Shown one piece after another: positions 17,449 to 24,000 of a stretch of DNA of 24,000 bases (positions are counted from its first letter, which is position 1; each line of letters starts with the position of its first letter). The notes under the pieces were generated by a model, which worked only from the letters and a program-made list of their open reading frames with translations, ran no database searches and was not told the origin of the DNA. The stretch is from contig DASYAL010000060.1 in NCBI GenBank assembly GCA_036501365.1, positions 151,185 to 175,184 of the forward strand, read 5' to 3'. Source of the DNA: Stellaceae bacterium (GTDB lineage: Bacteria; Pseudomonadota; Alphaproteobacteria; ATCC43930; CGMCC-115725). A program made the position numbers and the translations under genes.

Positions 17449-18753
17449 ATGGCGACGAAGAAGCAGCCCGAGCCCAAGATCATCGCGCCCAGCGATATCG
17501 ATCCGCGCCACGATTGGACGCGACCGATCATGGCTCTCGGACCGACGGCGGTCGATTTCGAGGAACGCATCGACTTCCGCCGCCTGCATCGCTATCGGCT
17601 CGGCCGCACGCGTCAGGCGCTGGCGACGTCGGGGCTCGGCTCGCTGCTCGTCTTCGACCAGTACAATATCCGCTACATCACCTCGACGGTGATCGGCAAT
17701 TGGGCACGCGACAAGTTCACGCGCTATGCGCTCTTGGCCAGCGATGCCGAGCCGCATCTCTGGGATTTCGGCTCGGCGGCGAAGCACCACAGGCTCCATG
17801 CGCCGTGGCTGCCGCAGCACAATTGCCATGCCGGCATGCTCGGCCTCCGCGGCGCCATCCATCCGAAGATCGGGCTGATGCGCTCGGCTGCCGAGGAGAT
17901 CAAGTCGATCCTCCAAGAGCACGGCGTCGCCGACCAGCCGGTCGGCGTCGACGTCGTCGAGCCGGCGATGCTCTTTGAGCTGCAAGAGGTCGGACTCAAG
18001 GTCCGCGACGGCCAGCAGGTAATGCTCGATGCGCGCGAATTGAAGAGCGCCGACGAGATATCGCTCTTGAACATGTCGGCGGCGCTCGTCGATGGCTGCT
18101 ATCAGACGATCGCCGAGAACCTCAAGCCCGGCATCCGCGAGAACGAGGTCGTCGCGCTCGCCAACAAGCGGCTCTACGAATTGGGCTCCGACGACGTCGA
18201 GGCGATCAACGCGATCTCCGGCGAGCGTTGTTCGCCGCACCCGCATAACTTCACCGACCGGCTGATCCGGCCGGGCGATCAGGCATTCTTCGACATCATC
18301 CAGAGCTTCAACGGCTATCGCACCTGCTATTACCGGACGTTCAATGTCGGACGCGCGACCGATGCGCAGAGGGACGCCTATAAGCGCGCGCGCGAGTGGA
18401 TCGACAAGGCGATCGCGCTGGTGAAGCCCGGCGTCTCGACCGACAAGATTGCCGCCTGCTGGCCCAAGGCCGAGGAGATCGGATTCTCGAGCGAGATGGA
18501 GGCGTTCGGCCTGCTTTTCGGCCATGGCCTCGGCCTCGGCCTGCACGAGCGGCCGATCATCTCGCGACTCAATTCCTTCGCCGAGCCGATGGAGATCAAG
18601 GCCGGGATGGTGTTTGCGCTCGAGACCTATTGCCCGGCCGCCGACGGCTATTCGGCGGCGCGCATCGAGGAAGAGGTGGTGTGCACGCCCAACGGCGCCA
18701 AGGTCATCACGCTCTACCCGGCGGAAGAGCTGCCGATCGCCAATCCCTACTGA
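17449..18753 (+). CDS. M24-family (Xaa-Pro aminopeptidase/pita-bread fold) protein with a substituted metal ligand
   Basis: C-terminal pita-bread motifs are GDQAFFDIIQSFNGYRTCYYRTFNVG, LFGHGLGLGLHERPII, GMVFALETYCP and RIEEEVVCT. The ATG at 17449 is preceded by GAGGAGAAG. Confidence 0.88.
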   Translation: MATKKQPEPKIIAPSDIDPRHDWTRPIMALGPTAVDFEERIDFRRLHRYRLGRTRQALATSGLGSLLVFDQYNIRYITSTVIGNWARDKFTRYALLASDAEPHLWDFGSAAKHHRLHAPWLPQHNCHAGMLGLRGAIHPKIGLMRSAAEEIKSILQEHGVADQPVGVDVVEPAMLFELQEVGLKVRDGQQVMLDARELKSADEISLLNMSAALVDGCYQTIAENLKPGIRENEVVALANKRLYELGSDDVEAINAISGERCSPHPHNFTDRLIRPGDQAFFDIIQSFNGYRTCYYRTFNVGRATDAQRDAYKRAREWIDKAIALVKPGVSTDKIAACWPKAEEIGFSSEMEAFGLLFGHGLGLGLHERPIISRLNSFAEPMEIKAGMVFALETYCPAADGYSAARIEEEVVCTPNGAKVITLYPAEELPIANPY

Positions 18754-18788
18754 TCGACGCGAGCTTCATCTCGCGGGCTACAGGTCGC

Positions 18789-19259
18789 TCAGAGCTTGCG
18801 GCCGAGATAGCGTTCGACTTGCCGTTGCTCCCATGCCGCGTTGAAGAACGGGATTTTGTCAAAGACCTTCAGGCCATGGAGCAGAAGGCCCAATCCCCAG
18901 CCCAACGCCACCCAGCCGGCCCAGAAGTAATGCCGATAGAAGATGACATTGAGAATGCTCAACCCCCCAACCACCACGGCATATTGGCTGAGATGGATGT
19001 AAAAGGCTTTGACGCGGCGAACATGGGCCAGCGCCAGCGCTTCTTCGGGCGTCACTCTTGGATTTTGAGAGGTGCTCACGTCGCGCTCCTGTAATTCCGA
19101 GAAGTCGATTTCGAACACGGCTCCGAGAGCCTTGAGGGATTCGACACTGGCCTTGCTCCCGCGCTCAATCCGCTGAACGGTGCGGACGCTGAGGCCGCTG
19201 AGCTCGGCGAGTTGTTCTTGCGACCAGCCCCGCTGGAGCCGGAGTTTCTGAACGAGCAT
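18789..19259 (-). CDS. XRE/Cro-type HTH protein with C-terminal 2TM domain
   Basis: N-terminal HTH is LRLQRGWSQEQLAELSGLSVRTVQRIERGSKAS. C-terminal HVRRVKAFYIHLSQYAVVVGGLSILNVIFY...WAGWVALGWGLGLLLHGLKVF...WEQRQVERYLGRK matches the 2TM-domain pattern. The start could be GTG 19280 instead. Confidence 0.85.
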   Translation of the reverse strand: MLVQKLRLQRGWSQEQLAELSGLSVRTVQRIERGSKASVESLKALGAVFEIDFSELQERDVSTSQNPRVTPEEALALAHVRRVKAFYIHLSQYAVVVGGLSILNVIFYRHYFWAGWVALGWGLGLLLHGLKVFDKIPFFNAAWEQRQVERYLGRKL

Positions 19260-19410
19260 GGATAATCTTTCCCCGCTCACGAATGGTAGTGAGGATGATC
19301 TCCGAAAAACACGTCACGGACCTGACATTTTGCCGCCGCCAAGCGACAGACGCGGGATTTGTCGCCGTTCCGTCCCCGTCAGTCGCCGACCGGCGGCGCC
19401 GACTTCCTAC

Positions 19411-20613
19411 CTAAACCCGCCGGAATCCCCGCGGGGCGGTGTGCAGCCGCTCGATCCCGGTCTTGGTGATCAACACGCATTCGCCGGTTTGGACGCCGGC
19501 CTTGCCGTCGCGTGTCACGACATTGGGTTGGATCACTACCATCATCCCAGCCTCGAAGATCAGCTCGGGTAGCTTGCCGGCGGGCCGGCTTTTCGAGCCG
19601 ATGATCGGTGGCAGATAGCCGCCGCCATAGCCATGCATCACGTCGTCGTCGGTGGTGAAGCCGGCTTGCTCGATCACCGCTGAGGCGGCGACCACGTCGG
19701 CGGGCGTCGCGCCCTCGCGCAGCGTCGCGGCGATCGCATCGAAGGCGGCCTCGGCCGCGGCGTGGAGATCGCGATAGAGCGGCGTCGGTTCGGCATCGAC
19801 GGTAAAGCTCCGGAGCACCTGGCCCGAATAGTCCCAGAAGGCGGCGCTGATTTCCGTGAAGACGATGTCGCCGCGCGCGAGGCGGCGCGTCGAGGGGAAT
19901 TGCCGCGGTACGCTGCAATCCGGCGCCGCCATCGCCGTGGCGCCGATGAAATGGATGACGTTGGTGCCGCCATAGGGCAGATAGGACGCCTCGATCGCCG
20001 CGCCCAATTCGCGCTCGGTCGCACCGGGGCGGATCGCCGCCGCGAGCGCGGCGAGGCCGCGATCGGATAACAGCGCGCCGAGGCGATACCACGCGATCTC
20101 CTCCGCCGACTTGAACAGCCGGCGCTGCATATAGGCACCGCCGAGATCGGCGAGCCGGCCGAAGCGCTCGGCGAGCTGCGCATGCAGACGATAGGAGAGC
20201 GGGCCAATGAAACCGACGCGGTCGCGCTTGGCGCCGCGGTTTTCCAATTCGGCGAGCGCGGCGCCGATGCCGAAATCGCCGCCCCATCCTACGTCGGCAT
20301 CGCTCGCGATCCGGCGCGCTAACGCGACGTGGTTGTGATACTGGATGAAGAGCGCGTGGCGCTCTCCGGGCGAGACGACGCAGCTCGCCTCGGCAGTGGT
20401 CGGCCAATGCGCGAAATAGGGCACGGCATTGCCGGCGCGGTTGACGCCGTAGAGCAGCACGTGATCGACGCCCGCCGCGGCCATCAGCTCGTCGAGCATG
20501 GTGCGGCGGCGCTGCATCTCGGCGGCGGAGAACCGCGGATAGGGCGCTTCCATGACCGGGCGTAATTCCGGTGGAAGCTCCGGCGGGCATAGGGGTTGAA
20601 GCGCTTCGGCCAT
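19411..20613 (-). CDS. M24/creatinase-like pita-bread-fold protein, most canonical metal ligands not conserved
   Basis: The likely start is MAEALQPLCPPELPPELRPVMEAPYPRFSAAEMQRRR. Fold motifs are RGDIVFTEISAAFWDYSGQVLRSFTVD, VMHGYGGGYLPP, GMMVVIQPNVV and GVQTGECVLITKTG. Confidence 0.83.
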   Translation of the reverse strand: MAEALQPLCPPELPPELRPVMEAPYPRFSAAEMQRRRTMLDELMAAAGVDHVLLYGVNRAGNAVPYFAHWPTTAEASCVVSPGERHALFIQYHNHVALARRIASDADVGWGGDFGIGAALAELENRGAKRDRVGFIGPLSYRLHAQLAERFGRLADLGGAYMQRRLFKSAEEIAWYRLGALLSDRGLAALAAAIRPGATERELGAAIEASYLPYGGTNVIHFIGATAMAAPDCSVPRQFPSTRRLARGDIVFTEISAAFWDYSGQVLRSFTVDAEPTPLYRDLHAAAEAAFDAIAATLREGATPADVVAASAVIEQAGFTTDDDVMHGYGGGYLPPIIGSKSRPAGKLPELIFEAGMMVVIQPNVVTRDGKAGVQTGECVLITKTGIERLHTAPRGFRRV

Positions 20614-20656
20614 GCAGCTAGAGCTTTCGCAGAACGAGGCGAGGGGAAGCGCAACC

Positions 20657-21592
20657 ATGGCATCCGGGTTGAAGGAGCACAAGATCGGCTGGATCGGCGC
20701 GGGCGGCCGCATGGGCTATGCGATGGCCGAGCGTCTCGCCAAGGCGGGCGCCGATGTCGCCGTGTGGAACCGGACCCGCGCCAAAGCCGAGCCGCTTGCC
20801 AAAAGCGGCTGCAGCATCGTCGACAATCCTGCAGCGCTGGCCGGCCGCGATATCGTCTTCATCACCGTTGCCGCCTCGCACGATCTCGAGGAGGTGACGC
20901 TCGGGCCGAGCGGCGTGCTCTCCGCGAACCAGCAGCCGAAAATCGTCATCGACAGTTCGACCGTCTCGGAAGAAGCCTCGGCGACGGTGCGTAGGGCGGC
21001 GAAGAAGCGCGGTGTCGAGATGCTGGCGGCGCCGGTCAGCGGCAATGCCAAAGTGGTGAAGGCCGGAAAGCTCAGCTTCGTCGTCTCGGGGCCGCGCACG
21101 GCTTACGAGACGGCGCTGCCCTATCTCGACGCGCTGGGCAAGGGCGCTTCCTATGTCGGCGAGGACGAGCGCGCGCGTCTCGTGAAGATCTGCCACAACG
21201 TCTTTCTCGGTGTCGTCATCCAGTCGCTGGTCGAGGTGACGGTGCTGGCCGAGAAAGGCGGCGTGCCGCGCCACGCTTTCCTCGATTTCATCAACAAAAG
21301 CGTGATGGGCTCGACCTTCTCCCGCTACAAATCGCCGGCGCTGGTCAATCTCGATTTCGCGCCGACCTTCACGCCGGTGCTGTTGAAGAAGGATCTCGAC
21401 CTCGGTCTCGACGCCGCCGAGCGTACTGGCGCCTCTATGCCGGTGACGGCGCTCGCGCGCGAGATGGTGCAGAGCCTTATCGCCCGCGGCCATGTCAACG
21501 ACGATTTCGCGACTCTAATCCTGCAGCAGGCCGAGGCCTCGGGCCTCAAGCTCGTTTCCGAAAACGTCGCCGTCGACGACGGCTTGCATTAA
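20657..21592 (+). CDS. NAD(P)-dependent oxidoreductase, 3-hydroxyisobutyrate dehydrogenase family
   Basis: ATG at 20657. HKIGWIGAGGRMGYAMAERLAKAGADVAVWNRT (Rossmann motif), VSGNAKVVKAGKLSFVVSG, and catalytic Lys context ARLVKICHNVFLGVVIQSLVE. Confidence 0.92.
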   Translation: MASGLKEHKIGWIGAGGRMGYAMAERLAKAGADVAVWNRTRAKAEPLAKSGCSIVDNPAALAGRDIVFITVAASHDLEEVTLGPSGVLSANQQPKIVIDSSTVSEEASATVRRAAKKRGVEMLAAPVSGNAKVVKAGKLSFVVSGPRTAYETALPYLDALGKGASYVGEDERARLVKICHNVFLGVVIQSLVEVTVLAEKGGVPRHAFLDFINKSVMGSTFSRYKSPALVNLDFAPTFTPVLLKKDLDLGLDAAERTGASMPVTALAREMVQSLIARGHVNDDFATLILQQAEASGLKLVSENVAVDDGLH

Positions 21593-21597
21593 AGATT

Positions 21598-21642
21598 CTG
21601 CTCGCGCGGCCACCGCCTAGCCAACCTAGGCAGCGCGAGCAG
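21598..21642. terminator. Nested inverted repeat between convergent genes, possible bidirectional terminator
   Basis: The outer stem is CTGCTCGCGC (21598-21607) with GCGCGAGCAG (21633-21642). The inner stem is GCCTAG-CCAAC-CTAGGC (21615-21631). There is no clear U-tract. Confidence 0.5.
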
Positions 21643-21675
21643 GGTTGGTGTCGCGGCTGTGAGCGCGACCTTAAA

Positions 21676-22872
21676 TTAGAGCATCACCGCTTCCGCCGGC
21701 AGGCCGAGGGCGATACGGCCCCATTGCGTGCCGTTGACGTCCCAACTCAGCGCGTAATGCGCGTTGGCGGCGTGGGCGTCACGGAAGGCGCGCTGGATCG
21801 GCTGATCGAGATAAACCCCACCGCCGCCGGTCGCGGCGAAAAGCTGGTTGACCGCCTCGGTGCAGAGCGAGGCGGCATAGGCGCCGTCGCGGCGCCAGCG
21901 CGCTTTCTGTTCGATGGTCGGCGGCACGCCGGCAGCGGTGATCGCTATCGCTTCATCGCAATCCTTGAGCATCAGCGCCTCGGCGGTATCGGCCAAGGCC
22001 GATGCCTCGCCCAGCTTCAATTGAAGATTCGCGAGATCGGCAAGGCGGCGTCCCGAATAGGTCGCGATTCGAGAATGTATCTGGCGCGTGAAATCGCCGA
22101 TCGCGCCGCGCGCGAGACCAAGCGACACGCCGCTGACGACGAAGGCGAAAAGTCCCAAGACCGGCAGCTTATAGAGTGGCGCCGGGTTGACGACGCAGCC
22201 GGGAGCGGTGCCGCCGCCGACCAGCGCCGAGAGGGGCAGAGTGCGATGCGCCGGCACAAAGACATCCTTCATCTCGATGTCCTTGCTGCCGGTGCCGCGC
22301 AACCCGGTGGCGAACCAGGTGTCGATGACGCGGTAACCGTCGGCGCGTACCAGGAAGCAGCGCTGCTCGACCGGCTTGTCCTTCGTGTCGTGGACGATGC
22401 CGCCGACGAAATTCCAACGCGACGGATCGACGCCGCTCGAGAACGGCCAACGCCCGCTGAGGATGTAGCCGTCGCTCACCGCCGTGGCTTTGCCGCCTGG
22501 GAACACCAGCGCCGAGCCGATCAGGTGGTCGGGCGATTCGCCCCAAACCTCGTCCTGCGCCTCGCCCGGCCACATCGCCAGCATCCAATGATGGCTGGCG
22601 AGGTTGGCGACGACCCACGAGGTCGAGCCGCAACCTTCGGCGAGGATCGCGCTAAGCTCGACCAGCGCGCGATAGGGCAGCTCGCTGCCACCGACGCGCT
22701 GCGGTTGCAGCATGCGGAAGAGCCCGCTCTTGTGCAGCTCGGCGATGGTCTCGTCGGGCACGCGGCGCAACGCCTCGCATTCCGTGGCGCGCGCACGCAA
22801 ATCCGGCACCAGCGCGCGAGCCCGCGCGCGCAGCATCGCGAAAGACGGCGGCGCGGCGGCCGCATCCGCCAT
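21676..22872 (-). CDS. Acyl-CoA dehydrogenase superfamily protein, resembling the oxygenase component of flavin-dependent two-component monooxygenases (HsaA/HpaH-like)
   Basis: 398 aa: ALRRVPDETIAELHKSGLFRMLQPQRVGG, CGSTSWVVANLASHHWMLAMWP, GYILSGRWPFSSGVD, WFATGLRGTGSKDIEMKDVFVPAHRT. Confidence 0.85.
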   Translation of the reverse strand: MADAAAAPPSFAMLRARARALVPDLRARATECEALRRVPDETIAELHKSGLFRMLQPQRVGGSELPYRALVELSAILAEGCGSTSWVVANLASHHWMLAMWPGEAQDEVWGESPDHLIGSALVFPGGKATAVSDGYILSGRWPFSSGVDPSRWNFVGGIVHDTKDKPVEQRCFLVRADGYRVIDTWFATGLRGTGSKDIEMKDVFVPAHRTLPLSALVGGGTAPGCVVNPAPLYKLPVLGLFAFVVSGVSLGLARGAIGDFTRQIHSRIATYSGRRLADLANLQLKLGEASALADTAEALMLKDCDEAIAITAAGVPPTIEQKARWRRDGAYAASLCTEAVNQLFAATGGGGVYLDQPIQRAFRDAHAANAHYALSWDVNGTQWGRIALGLPAEAVML

Positions 22873-22873
22873 G

Positions 22874-23590
22874 TCAGTCGCTCGCCAGCTTCATCGCTTG
22901 CGGCGCGGCGAGATGTGCGGCGATCAGCGCTGGGGCGGAGGCCATGAAGCTGCGCACCCGGGCCGCCATGACGAGCTCGATATCGGCGGGCGTCGGCAGA
23001 CCGAAAAGCCAGCGCCGCTGGCCGATATAAAACTGCATCGCATGCATGCCCCAGATCTGCTCGTGCTCGAATTCAGTCAGCGGGACTTCTTCGAGCGACG
23101 GCAGGCCGTAATCGTGGCGCACCTCGCGCGCGATGTGCGGGAACAATTCTTCGCGATTGCGGGCAACGAAGCGGACATGGTGGGGCAAGCCATCCAGTCC
23201 TGAGAACGCGAACAGCCGGACCCATTCGTAATTGTGCATGGTGTTCACGTAGTCGCTATAGAAAGCGAGCAACCGCTCTTGAAGGCCTTGACGGCGGTCG
23301 CCGATCCATTCGGCCCACTGCGGATTCCAATAATCGCCGAACCATTTCTGATAGACGCGCTCGATCAGGACGTCCTTGCTCGGGAAATAACGATAAATCA
23401 AGGACTGGGTGACGCCGAGCCGGCGCGCGAGCTCGCGAGTTTCGCCGCCGAGGCCGCGTTCGGCGAAGAAGCGCATCGCATTGTCGAGGATGAGGCGCTC
23501 GCGGTCTTGCGGCGCCATGCGGTGACGCGCCTTGGCCGCCGCAGCGGACGGCGCTGCGCTCGGTTTTTGCTGCTTGATTTGTCGTGCCAC
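22874..23590 (-). CDS. TetR-family transcriptional regulator
   Basis: N-terminal HTH: ILDNAMRFFAERGLGGETRELARRLGVTQSLIYRYFPSKDVLIERVYQKWF. It abuts the 21676-22872 gene on the same strand. Confidence 0.93.
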   Translation of the reverse strand: MARQIKQQKPSAAPSAAAAKARHRMAPQDRERLILDNAMRFFAERGLGGETRELARRLGVTQSLIYRYFPSKDVLIERVYQKWFGDYWNPQWAEWIGDRRQGLQERLLAFYSDYVNTMHNYEWVRLFAFSGLDGLPHHVRFVARNREELFPHIAREVRHDYGLPSLEEVPLTEFEHEQIWGMHAMQFYIGQRRWLFGLPTPADIELVMAARVRSFMASAPALIAAHLAAPQAMKLASD

Positions 23591-23721
23591 GCGCGCCGAT
23601 CCATCCGCTCGCTTGCTGCGCGCACCTTAGAGACCATCCGCAGTCGCGGCAAGCTGGACGGCATCGGAAAAAAATCATACGTTACCGCCCAATAATCAAC
23701 GTACTTTTTGGGGAGGTTGTC

Positions 23722-24000
23722 ATGACAACAAAATTCGGAAGACGGGCGTTTCTCGCCGGCGTCGCGGCGAGCACCTTGCCGATGCCGGCGATCGCCCAGG
23801 CGTCGCCGGTACGCATCGGGCTGCTGACGATCAAGACCGGCTCCCTGGCCGAAGGCGGCATCCAGATGGAGCAGGGGATCCTGACCTTCCTCAAGGAGAA
23901 GAACAACACGCTCGCCGGGCGGAAGGTCGAGTTCATCTCGGCCGATACCGGCGGCAGCCCCGCCGGCGCCAAGACCAAGGCGCAAGAGCTGATCGAGCGC
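23722..24000 (+). CDS. ABC transporter substrate-binding protein, branched-chain amino acid (LivK-like) type; truncated by window edge
   Basis: ATG at 23722 after GGGGAGG. MTTKFGRRAFLAGVAASTLPMPAIAQASPVRIGLLTIKTGSLAEGGIQMEQGILTFLKEKNNTLAGRKVEFISADTGGSPAGAKTKAQELIER has a Tat-like RR signal and is open to the window end. Confidence 0.9.
   Translation, partial: MTTKFGRRAFLAGVAASTLPMPAIAQASPVRIGLLTIKTGSLAEGGIQMEQGILTFLKEKNNTLAGRKVEFISADTGGSPAGAKTKAQELIER

Noticed and set aside
19340-19410. Weak inverted repeat GCGACA...TGTCGC and GC-rich runs between the HTH-2TM and M24 genes
   Set aside because: The arms are only 6 bp with an 11-nt loop in GC-rich sequence, which is expected by chance. There is no T tract.
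1-24000. CRISPR arrays, prophage, transposons, toxin-antitoxin, retron or other defence systems
   Set aside because: No direct-repeat arrays, integrase/transposase motifs, RT motifs, nuclease/effector pairs or tRNA attachment sites were seen. Gene content is transport, signalling and metabolism.

Overview
This 24 kb GC-rich window looks like ordinary alphaproteobacterial-type chromosome. It is densely coded, with about 20 supported genes and no rRNA, tRNA, CRISPR array, transposase or recognisable defence island. Left to right it contains: (i) a NitT/TauT-type ABC importer (partial ATPase plus a fused two-domain permease); (ii) a secreted protein with a CxxCH haem motif followed by Vgb-like beta-propeller repeats; (iii) a convergent, tightly packed three-gene signalling operon (haem-motif histidine kinase, double-receiver protein, REC-first hybrid kinase); (iv) a MetE-like methyltransferase and a TIM-barrel isomerase; (v) a divergent RpoD-like sigma factor followed by a strong terminator; (vi) a CMD/AhpD-like gene coupled to a second NitT/TauT importer; (vii) an LVIVD-repeat protein; (viii) two M24/pita-bread-fold proteins, each with altered metal-ligand positions; (ix) an HTH-2TM protein, a 3-HIBADH-family oxidoreductase, an acyl-CoA dehydrogenase/monooxygenase-like protein, a TetR regulator and the start of a branched-chain-type substrate-binding protein. 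The best candidates for something undescribed are the two M24 homologues with non-canonical metal centres, the kinase/receiver operon facing a second haem-motif protein, and the divergent sigma factor. I found no unambiguous novel multi-gene system. All family calls come from motifs read in the translations, not from searches.
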